A stretch of 64,000 nucleotides of DNA from the human T2T-CHM13v2.0 reference genome, Homo sapiens, in NCBI RefSeq assembly GCF_009914755.1, contig NC_060927.1; one strand, given 5' to 3'. A program made the translations under genes and the position numbers. The notes below the pieces were generated by a model. The model was not told where the DNA came from and made no database searches. It saw only the letters and a program-made list of their open reading frames with translations. Positions 1-12,992 of this stretch are shown here, piece by piece. The number at the start of each line of letters is the position of its first letter. Position 1 is the stretch's first letter.

Positions 1-1394
1 CTGAATTGAAGAGGGCATCAGACACATCTGCAGTAGTAGACTATTGGAGTCAGATCGTTCATCTGGACTGTCATTGCCCACCAGCTCAATAGACCTGTGA
101 GCTTCATCCTCTATTGTTAAGACCAAAAGATCAACATTTCATTCTAGGATCCCAGGCAAATATTTCCTCTATTTTTGCCAGTGACATATGTTTAATATCA
201 CTACTTTCTCCTGGAAATAATAAAACAGTTTCCTGAACCATCATCATCTTCAAATGATTTTTTTTTCTGACCTAGCTCAGTGTACTGAGCAAGGCTGAAG
301 AACCAGGTGCACATGGCATTGAGTTTTGACTCTCTGTGGATTTAGCTATACAACCTTGGTGGATTCATGTATATTTTGATCTGGTCCCTTTCTGCTCTCC
401 AGCCTCCTCTTGAGCTACCATTTAACCTCATCTCAGTAACACTGACTTTTCAGTTTCTTTCTTGAAACAAGTTGCAGGATTTGCCTTTGAGTGGGCGAAG
501 CCTCAGAACACTAGGTGGTTGATACACCTGGGGCATTCACCTTGAGTGGCACTCAGCAAGGTGCCGGGATTGCCTTCCACCTGGTAGAAAGTCAGACTCC
601 AAAACCTTTGAGATGAGGCAGAAGGTTATTTAAAAATAACTGAGACTGGCAAAGTCTCTTTCCGATGACCTGCTGCAATTCTTACTCCAATAACAGTATG
701 ATCAGCAGCTAGGAAACTTCGTGGGAGTAGTTTAGCCCCCTGAAATTTATAGCTCTGATTGAATGTTCAGGAGTCCGTTTCCAAGCCCAAAATCCAATGT
801 GCAGTCTTTCACATCCAACCATAGGCAATCACATACAAGGCTTTGCCTGGAAGTCTTCATGGGGAAGCTGCTCAACCTACACCATACTTGGTGCACAGGC
901 AGTGCATTGAAGTTTTCAGGAGGGAACTGCAGTCAAGGACTCAAGCTCACTGGGCCAGCCATGCTCTTTGGCACAGCTGCTTTCCTTGCCCAGGCAACCT
1001 GGCTGGTACCTCCTTATCAGGGGCTATGGCTGAGGCATTTTTCTCCACTTTGATTTTGTACCTTTTCTCCTCTTTTAGACCTTTTTCCTTCTCTTGTCCC
1101 CCTACTCTGCCCCCAACATGAGCTCATAAAGAGGCAGGTGCTCCTTGGCAATGTGATGATTCCCCCATCTGCAGTGCATCCACTTGACCCTCGCCCAGCA
1201 CTTTTCTGTGGGGAAAAGTGACACACTGTGGGGCTGGCACCTCTCATGAACTGCTTACTTGCACTGTCAGGGTGAGTGAATAATGGCATGATTGTTCCTG
1301 TCACTTTGGCTTATTGTTCTAATTGACTACTTTGACAACTGATTGCTCCAAAGCTATTCCACTGTGTTTCCTTTTTGGTGTGCTTTCATAATAA

Positions 1395-1600
1395 TAGTAA
1401 GGAAAGCAAAAACTTACTGATCACTGTGTACTAGGCACTGTTTTAAATATTTTGTAAAAATTAACTCAAAAAATTCTAAGGTAAGTACTCCATTCTATTC
1501 CCATTTTGTAACTGAGATAACTGAGGCAGTGAGAGGCTTTTTAACTTGCTTGATATTGTACAGATATGTGGGAAAATGAGGATTTGAAACTGTGCCCGCT
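1395..1600 (-). mobile_element. MIR SINE
   Basis: Reverse MIR core 'cccattttgtaactgagataactgaggca' and 'ctaggcactgtttta'. Confidence 0.75.
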
Positions 1601-1779
1601 AGGATATAGGACTTCTCTTTTACTTCCCTTAAAAAACCTTGTTTCCTTTGCTGTGACTTCTGACATATTCTCATCAGCCATTTGACTGTGTCGATATAAA
1701 ATCAGCATGGTATCATTTTTCTTCTCAGGTCTTTTGCACATAAAATTCACTCATGCATTTATTTGTCCTGCTACCTTCT

Positions 1780-2175
1780 ATTCATCAGTAAGATTTCAGG
1801 TGAAAGATCATTTTCTCAGAGAAACTTTCCTTGAACTCTCTCTGCATTTATTCTTATGACATCCTATACCTCTTCTTTGAGCACTTAACCCTGATTGTGA
1901 TCAAATAATTATTTGTTAAATAGTCTCTCCTACTAATATTCCGTGCGGGTAAAGATTCTAGTTATGTGTCTCCAGTGAAGTGAAATACTCATCACTGAGC
2001 TTAATGCAAGAATTGTAGGTGAATAAATCAATTGATGTCTACGTTTCCTCATCCATAGAGAAGGAACAAAAACATATATCTTACAGACATTTTGTAAAGA
2101 TGAATTATAATAATTCTAATAGCATGTAGCACAAAGCTTAGCATATAGTAATTGTTCAATAAATAATAGTTATTG
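1780..2175 (+). mobile_element. L2 3' fragment followed by MIR fragment
   Basis: Degenerate L2-like end to ~2035, then MIR 'gtttcctcatc...gcatatagtaattgttcaataaataatag'. Confidence 0.5.
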
Positions 2176-2181
2176 CTAGAT

Positions 2182-2605
2182 ATGGTAGAAACAGTATTGT
2201 TCTTCACAATGTTTTCTTCTCCTCCCCTCCCATCCCTCTCTCCATGGGAAGATCATACATTCCTGACCCTTTGATGTTAGGCTACATCATGTGACTTGAT
2301 TTGGCAAGTGAAAAACAAGTAGAAATGATATGTGTTGCTTTCAAGTAGAAACCTTAAAAGTCATTGAGTCATTGAGTGATTAGTCAATGCTCCCTTTTCC
2401 CTCTACCATGAGACTTTCCCTAGGCCAGCAAATCTCCAGACATGAGCTGCTCTTTCACAGATCAGGCACACATGAGGTGATGTTTAGCCCAACTTCAGTT
2501 GATAGATGTGAAGTGTGATCCAGAAATAAAACTTAATTGTTGCAAGTCAATGAGATTTTGAGGCTGTTTTTACACAATAGTAAAAATTAAACTAAGCTTA
2601 CTGAT
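2182..2605 (+). mobile_element. MaLR solo LTR (old MLT1, MLT1J/H-like)
   Basis: 'catgtgacttgatttggcaagtgaaa' and 'gaaataaaacttaattgttgcaagtcaatgagattttgaggctgttt' motifs. Confidence 0.6.
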
Positions 2606-2625
2606 ATATTAGCCCAATAGGTTAA

Positions 2626-2976
<351 letters not shown>

Positions 2977-3109
2977 TTTGGAAGAGTAATTTCTATTTTA
3001 TTTTATTGTGGTAAAAACATGGAAGTCATTTTTTAAGGGCATTTTCTTTCAGTATCAAGTGTTTTCTTAAACATTTGAGAAACACACCTAAATGTATGTA
3101 CAAAATAAA

Positions 3110-3355
3110 AATAATAGCTAGCAATTATCAAGCATTTAGTATATGTTAAGGATGTTTACAAGTGCTTTGCAAATGTTAAAGTATTTAATCCTCTAAAACC
3201 TTGTGAGGTTGGTTCTGCTATGATATCCTTTTCACAGATGTGGAAAATGAGGCACAGAGCAGCTAAATTTATTTTTCCAAGGCCAGACAAGTAGTAAGTG
3301 ACAGAGCCTGAATTTGAGCCCAAGTGTTGAGTTCAGAGCCTGCAATTAACCGCCA
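3110..3355 (-). mobile_element. MIR SINE
   Basis: 'ttttcacagatgtggaaaatgaggcacagag' reverse core. Confidence 0.8.
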
Positions 3356-3467
3356 TGCTTCATTATGTCATATGTAAAATGCTTCATTATGTCATATGTA
3401 CAAATGTGCAGACACAGGTCGAAACACAAATATGCGTGAAGTGCTAAGAAGAATATATATTTAAGTA

Positions 3468-4534
3468 CAGTTGGCCCCTGAACAACACGAGTTTGAGCTG
3501 CTTGGATCTACTTACATGCAATTTTTTTTAGTATTTATATTGGAAAATATTTTGGAGCCTTGCAACAATTTGAAAAAACTTGCAGCCGAACCCCATAGAC
3601 TAGAAGGAATAAAAATTAGAAAAAAGTTAAGTATGTCATGAGAGTATAAAATATGTGTAGATACTAGTCTATTTTATTCTTTACTAACATAAAATATACA
3701 CAAATTTATTATAAAAAGTTAAAATGTATCAGAACGTACCCACACAAACACAGACTGAATATGGAGCTATTTGCAGTCAAGAGAAATGTAAACAAAGTTA
3801 AAGACCTGTGTTAAAGCCTAACTGCAAAAATTAACTGTAGTACATACTGTTCTACTGTAATCATTTCATAGCCACCTCCTGTTGCTATTGTAGTGAGCTC
3901 AAGTGTTGCGAGTATCCACTTAAAACGCTGTGTGATACTGATCATCTCTATGTGGGCAGTTCACCTCCCCAGTAAATTGCATATTGCAGTAAAACGTGAT
4001 CTCTCATAGTTCTCATGTATTTTTCATGGTGTTTAGTGCAATACCATAAGCCTCAAATAACACCATAGAACCCATCTAGTGATGCTGGAAGTGCTCCCAA
4101 GAAACAGAAAAAAAGTCATGACATTACAAGGAAACGTTGAGTTGCTTGATATGTACCTGATTGAGGTCTGCAGCTTTGTTTGCCCACCATTTTAGACAGA
4201 CAATTGACCTTGAAAACAGAAAACATAAACTTATGGTATCAATCATAATTAAGAAAATTATGAGGAAGAGAAAATACACTGCAGTGCTATAAATGTGTTT
4301 TCTCTTCCTCTTAATTTTCTTAATAACTTTTTCTTTTCTCTAGCTTACTTTAAGAATACAGTATATAATACATATACAAAATATGTATTAATTGACTGTA
4401 CATTATCAGTAAGACTTTTGATCAACAGTAGGTTATTAGCAGTTAAGTTTTTGGGTAGTCAAAAGTTAAACTCAAATTTTCAACTGTGCAGGGAGTCAGC
4501 ACCCTTAAACCCCATATTGTTTAACGATCAACTG
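3468..4534 (+). mobile_element. Tigger2b-like non-autonomous Tc1/mariner (pogo) DNA transposon
   Basis: TIRs cagttggcccctgaacaacac / atattgtttaacgatcaactg, TA target duplication on both sides, 1067 bp. Confidence 0.85.
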
Positions 4535-4754
4535 TACATATTTAATATTACCATACAGAAAATAAAAGGATGGACTGTATTGAGATTCTTCCCAGATCTC
4601 ACATTCTGTCATTTAATTTTATTTTTGTTTTCCCATGAGTATGACTCAGCCAGGAAAAAGATCAGTCCTGCTCATTGAAATCTCGCAATTGCTGACCTAC
4701 AAGAGAGGGTGGGACCATGGTTCAAATTCACAGATCCTTGAAAAGCATATCCTT

Positions 4755-4902
4755 ATGCACAATAGCAAAGACTTGGAACCAACCCAAATGTCCAACAATG
4801 ATAGACTGGATTAAGCAAATGTGGCACATATACACCATGGAATACTATGCAGCCATAAAAATGATGAGTTCATGTCCTTTGTAGGGACATGGATGAAGCT
4901 GG
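4755..4902 (+). mobile_element. Isolated internal fragment of a young L1PA (ORF2 3' end)
   Basis: Near-consensus 'cacaatagcaaagacttggaaccaacccaaatgtccaacaatgatagactgg...gaagctgg'; no poly(A), no TSD. Confidence 0.9.
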
Positions 4903-5184
4903 GAGTTTGCTTTTAAAGGGATTATTCAGTGCTCCCCTTCATTTACTGATTTAACAAGGATTCTACAGTAATGTCCAAACAACCATTCCCAAGTTGGATA
5001 GATGGTCCAATCTTAAGGGTCGACCCCCTACTGAAATTTCTGAGTTCTTTATAATAACATAGAAAATATATGCTTTTGTTTTGATGAAATTGTCAAAAAT
5101 AAATATAAACACAGTTTGAATTAATTGGGAGGTGAATGGAAATTTGATAAAAGCCAAAATGTTAGTGTTGTTGGAAGCAATTAG

Positions 5185-5400
5185 TTTTGAGTCAGCCAGA
5201 CCTGGTTTCAAATTGCAGCTCTGCTTCTGTGTGAATTGGAACCATGTTGTTTGCGGTCCCTAAGTTTCAGATTCCTTATCTACCAATTGAAATGATAAAT
5301 TCCTAAATCATTGGGTTGCTGTGAAAACTGAATTTAATGTTATCTTCAACTAGCATATAATAAATGTCCTATAAATTAATAAAGTAGCTATTCTTTATAA
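5185..5400 (+). mobile_element. MIR SINE
   Basis: 'gagtcagccagacctggtttcaaattgcagctctgc...' degenerate MIR. Confidence 0.65.
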
Positions 5401-7076
5401 TTAATTATTAATTAAAGAACAAATTCCTTAAAAGAATCATTTTACATTGTAATATACTGGATAGGAACTTATTTACCCAGGTATCTCTCAAAGGACTTCC
5501 TCAGGGATTGATAATAACATGAATGTTACTGCACAAAAACTGGCTCCCTTTTAAAGATGTTAGGTTTGGCAAACTGGAAAAGCTCGGCTTACCCAAACTA
5601 TGATTCCACACTGTTTCCGAGCAGGGCGTAGATAAGTGGACATTCCAAGGAAGAAACTATTTTAGCACAACAACAAAAACAGGTAAAGCAGAGGCAATAA
5701 AATAGAGCAAAACAAATAGATTTTATAAATAGAAAGTGAAAACCAAACAACTGTGGCAATTACAGCTTTCATATGATTTATGTCTTTAATTTGTCTAAAT
5801 CAGTGACCCATGGAGTATTGGCATAAAAATTTCAAATTCAGCAAAAACCTAAATAACTATAAAGAAACACTGAATTTTTATTAGTTATCCTTCTTTCATT
5901 GACTTCTCCCAAACAAAATGAATTCTTCCCTGAGTGAGGCAAAATGAAGTATTATATTTTACTAAGGTATTATTGATCTGCAATTCTTAGGATCCAATAT
6001 GTCACAGAAACATAGCAACAGAACTTACCCATGAAATTGACAGTACAGAATCACTGCCCAAAGGCCTTTTGCCCCTTGCTTCTGTTTAACACTAACACTA
6101 GGTATCGGTTAAGATTATTTAGTAGAAACTAACAGAAATGGACTCTGGCTAACTCGGGTAAAAACAAACAGACAAAAAAACCAAAAAGCTTCTTGGGAAG
6201 ATAAGATATAGCTCAAAGAGTCAGGAGACTAGATAAGTATCCAGGCTTCAGAAAGGACAGAAATCAGGACCATCTCCATGTAAAGAAAAGACGTATGGTT
6301 TCACACAGGCAGCGATGCCAGGGATCTAGAAGGTATAAATAAATGACCAGTCATTTCAAGTTCTTGCAGATGAGTGAAATAACTCTGGTGGATTCCAACC
6401 TTAAATTACAGCCCTCAAAATTCAAATACTTGGGCAAAATTGTTTGACTGGCCTTCATTGGCCAGAGGAGGGAAAGGCACCTTGACATACAGTGTAACGA
6501 TGAAGGCATGGTGTTCCCCACATTGAGGAACCCCACCAGCCTCCAGAAATGATCAAAGTCCTGTCAATTAAAATGTTACTTTCAGTCCTGTGATACTCAT
6601 GTTGGGCTAAACTACAGAGCCATGCGGTAAGAAATCTGCGTTGTTTTAAGCCTGGTAATATGTTACAGCAACAACAGAACATTAATACAACTACTTTTTT
6701 TAGTATAAATATGTCTCAAGTATTGCATGTGACACATGATATTTTAAAATATGATAGTTGCTCTGTACCCTCTTATCCTAAAATGAGAAGCTAAGTCACC
6801 AAAGCAATACATGCTAAGAGATGGCAAAGCTGGTTGGCCAGGTTCTGAGAATACCCACCGCTGGCAATTAAGGTGGGAGGAAGATATGAGGAAATGCATG
6901 GTGTGGTATATCCCTTTGTTTTCACACCTTCCCTCATGGAGGAGGGGAGAGCTGTGTGTGCAACCTAAGCCCAACTTTAAGTGATGCAAGGAAAACACTA
7001 GTGGAGATAAATGCCTATTCGTTCTGGTTTAGGCCTATGGTGGTAAAGCAAAGAGGACGACACTCTACGGACAGAT

Positions 7077-7481
7077 TATTTTTTTCTTTCTTCTCTCTTC
7101 CCTCTTCCTCTTCCTCTCCTCCTCCTCCTCCCCTCCTCCTTCCCTTTTCCCCTCCTTTTCCTCCTTCTTCTACTCATCTTCCTCCTCCTTCTCCTTCTCC
7201 TTCTCTTCTTCTTGATGGAGTCTTGCTCTTTTGCCCAGACTGGAGAGAAGTGATGCAATCAGCCTCAAACTCCTGGACTCAGGTGATCCTCCCACCTCAG
7301 CCGCCCAAGTAGCTAGAACTAAAGGCATATGCCACCACACCTTGCTAATTTTTAATTTTTTTGTAGAAATGCAGTCTCACAATTTTGCCCAGGCTGGTCT
7401 TAAACTCCTGAGCTCGAGTAATCCCCATGCCTTGGCCTCCCAAAGTGCTGGGATGATAGGCATGGGCCACAATGCCTGGCG
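7077..7481 (-). mobile_element. AluJ (internally deleted) with expanded CT-rich (GA-rich on sense) tail
   Basis: Reverse Alu 7210-7481 with AluJ-type positions; low-complexity (CCT/CTT)n 7085-7212. Confidence 0.85.
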
Positions 7482-7482
7482 T

Positions 7483-7807
7483 CAGATGCTTCTTGGCTTT
7501 ACATCCTAATAAGCCCATTGTAAGTTGAAACTATTCTAAGTTGAAAATGCATTTAATATTCCTAACCTACCAAACATCATAGCTGAGCCTAGCCTAAAAT
7601 GTTCTCAGATCACTTACATTAGCCTGTGGTTGGACAAAATCATTTAGCACAAAGCCTATTTTATAATAATGTTGATTGTTGCATGTGATTTATTGAATAT
7701 TGTACTACAAATGAAAAACAGAATGGTTTTGTGGGTACTTAAAGTACAGTTACACCATTATAAAGTTGAAAAATCATAGCCAAGCCATAGCGAGTTGGGA
7801 CCATCTG
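7483..7807 (+). mobile_element. MER47A (Tigger-family MITE)
   Basis: 'cagatgct...aatgcatttaata..cctaacctacc.aacatcatagc...gggaccatctg' matches recalled MER47A. Confidence 0.8.
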
Positions 7808-8159
7808 TGCTTATCTCCATATTAAGGAAAGATGTATCGTTTTGCAGAGGCAGTGTGAAAGAGTTTCCACCCAGAGAGCTTCCGGTGGGGGGCAAGTGAC
7901 CCAGGAGAGTGTTGGAGAGTAGGAATTCCAGGGATAAGACGGGGGGCAGGAAGCATACCAAAGGTATTGCTAGTGTCATAGGAGCTGTGGTCAGAAGGCC
8001 CCCATGGGAGGGTGTCCTAGGAAACACTGAAGAGCCCCCACGTGTAGGAATCTGCATTTGTATTCCTGCCACCCTCCAGAAGGCTCAGCTCCTAAGCCAT
8101 GACTTCCTTCTGGATTAGAGTCTTCAGGCCTCAGAAACAGAGCTGGTGAAGAAGCTGTG

Positions 8160-8702
8160 TGTATTAATCAGGGTTCTCTAGAGGGACAGGACTAATAGAA
8201 TAGATGTATATATGAAAGGGAGTTTATTAGGAGAATTGACTCACACAATCACAAGGTGAAGTCCCACAATAGGCCATCTACAAGCTGAGGAGCAAGTAAG
8301 TCAGTCCAAGTCCCAAAACCTCAAAAGTAGGGAAGTGCAGCTTTCAGTCTGTGGCCAAAGGCCTGAGAGCCTCTGGCAAACCACTGATGTAGGTCCAAAA
8401 GTACAAAAGCTGAAGAACTTGGAGTTTGATATTTGAGGGCAGGAAGCATCCAATACAGGAGAAAGATAGGAGTCCAGAAGACTCAGCCAGTCTAGCCTTT
8501 CTATGTTCCTTGGCCTCTTTTTATCCTAGCCATGCTGACAGCTGATTATATGGTGCCCACCCAGATTGAGGGTGGGTCTGCCTCTCCTAGTCCACTGACT
8601 CAAATGTTAATCTCCTTTGGCAACACCCTTACAGACATACCCAGGAACAATATTTTGCATCTTTCAATCCAATCAAGTTGACACCCAATATTAACCATCA
8701 CA
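8160..8702 (-). mobile_element. MLT2A (HERV-L) solo LTR
   Basis: Termini tgtattaatcagggttctctagaggg ... caatattaaccatcaca; near-TSD ctgtg/gtgtg. Confidence 0.9.
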
Positions 8703-9049
8703 GTGTGGACGGATGGGACAGGGCAAAAAAAGAAGCAACCACACCTCCTGCCCTCACTGAAAACTTCCCCTCTTGAGGTGAATTTGAACTAGGAAAGGAG
8801 AACAATTTAAAATTTAGAGTCGTAATATACTTTAAAGTGGACTTTGTAGTTACTGAAATGAGATTGTTCTTGTGACTTGAAAGGGACCAGAGAAGCTTTG
8901 GGTGTTATCTCACTTTTCATGTAAGAACAAAAAAGATTAACACAAAGTACGGGTTGGAGGAGATGGGGAGGAAGCATACCAACTTTTTTCATGATGTGTC
9001 CTGTTGAGTCCAGCATTTCTCATGTATTAGCTATAAAAACAACAGAGTG

Positions 9050-9760
9050 ATTTGTAGACTCAAGGAAACAGATCAGTAAGTAGAAATATCAAGTAAGAGA
9101 ATAAACATTGAGCGTTTAATTATTGACATAGAAGGGAGACTATACATAATTACAGTGAATCCAGATGAGATTAAAACAGTAAGAATGCTAATAGATAAAT
9201 AAGACTAAAACAAGCAGCTTAATAATAAATGGTGTCTCTAAGGTGGATATTCCTCCCAAAGCAAAAAATAAAAATAAAAAAAGGGCACTCAGAGATATAA
9301 CACAAAATAATTTCCCTGAAATGAAGAGAAAATCACATCTGCAGATCCAGGAGCACACACTGATTCAGCACATCCCGTCCTTGAGGTTTCCAGGCAGAAA
9401 AAGCAAATTATTTACCTGGGAGAAGAAATCCGGATGGCCTCAGACTTTTCCATGTTGACATCCAAGGCCAGAAGACAGAAAGTCTGCAGTGCTTGAGGGA
9501 GAGAGAGCACCACCCAATGACCAGAGTTGCTTTTATTTCTAATGGTTACAGAGCAACATTGTCAAACATGAAATAAATCAGGAAATGTAGAGCCTGTGAG
9601 CTCTTGCTGGGGGGAAACTCTCCTGAAAACTAAAGCCAGCCAATGGAGAGACCAATCAGAGTAAGAATCCAGGAATGACAAATCCAGGAATGAGAAACAG
9701 TCTGGTGGGGAGCACTGACTGTGTTTAAATATAATATGATATTTTGACAGGTGTAGGAAA
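9050..9760 (+). mobile_element. Ancient L1 ORF1 / HAL1-like fragment
   Basis: ORF 9243-9458 peptide 'RDITQNNFPEMK..HLQIQE' resembles L1 ORF1p 'EI..ENFPNL...LQIQE'. Confidence 0.55.
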
Positions 9761-10202
9761 GTAACTTAGTCAACAGCCATCCTACCCTCCATTTATAGTG
9801 CAAGGTTGTGAAAGCAAAACTTTCATTTCTCAGCACCTCTTAATTTAGATTGTGCCAACCAGATGCTCTCTAGACAAAGGTTCTGAATGCGGAAATAAAG
9901 TGTAGGCATGCTGTCTTGACTTCTGCGTTTTCTGCTGCAGGCACCCAAGGGGAAGCCTTGAGTTTTCCGTTGCCGTTCTCCAATCGTGAATTGTGGTATC
10001 AAGTTAGTTCTCTTTCCTGCCAAGGTGGATCTAAGAAGCAGGGTGTAGCTCTGAAACCCATAGTTGGATGGCAATGGTTTTCTGATACCTGTGTTAGTCC
10101 CTAGAGTTGACCATTCTATTGTCGTTTGCCAAGATGTGGACCTTCTTGATGGTGACAGTGGTAATAACTCTCATTTTGGACCCATTCTTTCATATTCAAA
10201 AT

Positions 10203-10407
10203 GGAGTTTCTCAGCCTAAGTATTGTTGACATTTTGGGTCAAATAATTCTGTTGTGAGGGCTATCCTGTACAAAGTAGGATGTTGATCATCTACATGTCA
10301 GATGTCTATAGCACCCGCCCTCCTCCCAAGTTGTGACAATCAAAAATGTCTTCAGACATTACTTAATGTCCCCTAGGGACCAAATGCCTCCTGTTGAGAA
10401 CCTCTGC
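10203..10407 (-). mobile_element. MER20 (hAT-Charlie MITE)
   Basis: 'gttgtgacaatcaaaaatgtcttcagacatt...gttgagaacctctg'. Confidence 0.85.
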
Positions 10408-10826
10408 TCTGTAATCATAAAGCCTGCTTCTACAACTCTTGCAATCCTCCTGTTCAGTTTTGTGTTGTGTAAGATTCGAAAAAAGAGAGGTTTAAAAGAG
10501 TTCCACAGAGCAAGAGTTTGGAACAAGGATCACAGAGTGACTTTCTGCCCCTGGAACAGTAGAGTTTTGTTTAGGGAGACTGAGTCTCTATCTGGGTATG
10601 TAGAAAGAGTAGTGGCTGGACTTACGGGCGCCCTAAATCTTCACCTTGTGATTCTTTGAGGAGTCTCTTCCATCCCCATTGATATTGTGGTGCAGGCCTT
10701 GAACTATTAGAAAACCATGTGGCAGAAGTATATTCTAAGGAGAATTACTCTGCCTCACCCTGATGTCCTGTACATTATTTGATGATCATGATGATGACAA
10801 CAAGTATTACGAGTGGAGTGGTAGTA

Positions 10827-11148
10827 CAGTAGTCTGCACTTATCCTTGGGGAATTTGTCCCAGGACTCCCAGTGGATGCCTATCACAGATAGCACTGAAT
10901 CCTAGATATACTGTGTTTTTTTTTTCCCCTGTACATACATAGTCATGATAAAGTTTAATTTACAATAAGATATTAAGAACAATAATAAGAAAATAGAACA
11001 ATTATAACAATATGCTATAATAAAAGTTATGTGAATGTGGTCTTTTTCTCTCAAACTTATTGTACTGTACTTGCCTATTTTTGGACCACAGTTGACCCTG
11101 GGTAACTGCATCACAGGAAGCAAAAGCTCTGATGAAGAAGGTCCATTG
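10827..11148 (+). mobile_element. MER44A / Tigger7-type MITE
   Basis: TA|cagtagtc...ccattg|TA termini; internal 'aataaaagttatgtgaatgtggtct'. Confidence 0.8.
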
Positions 11149-11639
11149 TAGGAGTAGTTTTGGCCCAACAGGCACAGTCTTTGTCCTATCTTCTAATAAA
11201 TTATAAAATGACTTTCTTATTCCACATCCCTCTCTTCTTTTCTCTATTGAATTTTGGGTGGACTTCTTAAAGCATTACTTTTTGAATTATAAATTATAGG
11301 TTCATCTAGAAAAAATCTGAAAAATATAAAGAATACAACAAAAATTTTCTACAATCCCACTGGCCATGGATTCTGATTGTTTACATTTTGCTGCATTTCC
11401 TTGAAATGTTTTCCTTTATGTTTCTCTATATACATGCATGCCAATGTTTGTAATTATATACTTTTTAAAAACAAAACTGCCATGATAAATATACACATAG
11501 TTTACATCCTGCTTCTTCACATAAAGGTATTTCATGTAATATTTCGCATAACATTGTGAAGGAAAAATATGAATTTTCTTTCCACTATCCCCTATGTTTG
11601 TGCTTTTTAGAGCCAATCTTCTTCCCCTTGTCTTGTGCC

Positions 11640-11790
11640 ATTCATTTATTCAACAGATATTTGTTGAGTCTTTTCAATAGGGCAAATTCTGGCTTAGACA
11701 CTGAGGATACAAAGCTCAGAAAGAAATGACTTCTGTGCTTGAGGAGCCCTTTCAATTGGAGAGACATGAGGAAACAAATCACTTCAATGC
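11640..11790 (-). mobile_element. L2 3' end
   Basis: 'ttcatttattcaacagatatttgttgag'. Confidence 0.65.
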
Positions 11791-12510
11791 CATTTTCTTT
11801 GCTGCCACTATCACCAGCCACTTCCTTGCCATTATTTAAAAATAGGAATTAAGCTCCTGATTGCAGAAAGGACTGATTCAGGCAAGATGTTAGAAATCTC
11901 GGGCAGACATGCTGATACAGAGGCACATCTGTAAGTCAGTGAGCTGTTCACATCCATTGGAAGTTAAGGACAACTGCATATTAGCAGAAGAAAGCAAGGG
12001 TCAGTATGTAATTGGGAGGAGAACTGGAAAAGTGATTATAGACATGGCACAATCAGTTATTTGCCCAGCAAGACCCTAGAGAGGATTGGAAGCAAAAAAG
12101 TTGTAAGAGAGGACTGATTAGTGGCACCAAGCTGGTAAACATGTTTTCTGCAGAATGATACCTGTTGCTTTAGATTTCAATATCTGCAACATTTCTATGT
12201 CTGCAACATTGTAGCCGAAGTCATTTGCATCAATCCTCTGCTTCCAAGCAGCCATATCTCTCTTTCAGTCATCATGAACAGAAATGCTTGACTTGTACTC
12301 ATCAGATTTGTGGAAAGAGTTCTGAGAGTCAAAAACCCTGAAGGTCAAGAAGCATGTTGAAATCTTACTGCAGTTCTCTCTATCCAGGGCTTAAACTGGC
12401 TAAATAATAGTGTAGTGGGCTCTTGCTGCCATGTAAGTCATGACATTTTTTTTGTTCAGAGATACTTTACAAAGTGTCCTTGACCTATCTTCTATCCGTG
12501 AGGAAGAACC

Positions 12511-12689
12511 ATATATATATATGTGTGTTTTTGTTTGTGTGTGTATATATACACACACACATACTTTTATACTACATATATACATTTATACTACATATAT
12601 GTGTATATATATACATACATTTATACACACATACATATACCTGTATATGTGCATATGTATGTATGTATATGTAAACGTATGTATGTAGT
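12511..12689. repeat. (TA/CA/TG)n low-complexity microsatellite
   Basis: Direct reading; adjoins the tail of a minus-strand L1. Confidence 0.9.
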
Positions 12690-12992
12690 ATAAATTTAGG
12701 CAGTACAAGTGCAATTTTGTTACATGGATATATTGCATAGTAGTGAAGTCTGGGCTTTTATTGTAACCATCACACAAATAGTGTATATTGTACTGATTAA
12801 GTGATTTCTCATCTCCCATCCCTCTCCCACCCTCCCACTTTCAGAGTCTCCAATGATTATTATTCCACACGCTTGATGTATATACTTTATTTAGCTCCCA
12901 CTTATAAGTCAGAACATGTAGTATTTGACTTTCTGATTCTGAGTTGTTTCACTTAAGATAATGGCCTCCAGTTCCACCCATGTTGCTGCAAG
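12690..12992 (-). mobile_element. L1 3' end (L1PB4/L1MA1-like)
   Basis: 'ttagctcccacttataagt.agaacatg...ataatggcctccagttccacccatgttgctgcaa'. Confidence 0.85.

Noticed and set aside
480-1340. Overlapping 92-96 aa ORFs / possible old LTR
   Set aside because: No recognisable protein similarity; LTR-like character is too weak to name a family.
4295-4678. 127-aa ORF as a transposase
   Set aside because: It lies over the non-coding end of Tigger2b, runs out of the element and has no DDE motif.
6956-7312. Pro/Ser-rich and Arg-rich (protamine-like) ORFs
   Set aside because: Translation of a CT-rich Alu tail expansion; the ORFs at 34559-34783 likewise translate a CT-rich tract.
12400-12819. Cys/Tyr/Ile-rich ORFs
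   Set aside because: Dinucleotide microsatellite artefacts.
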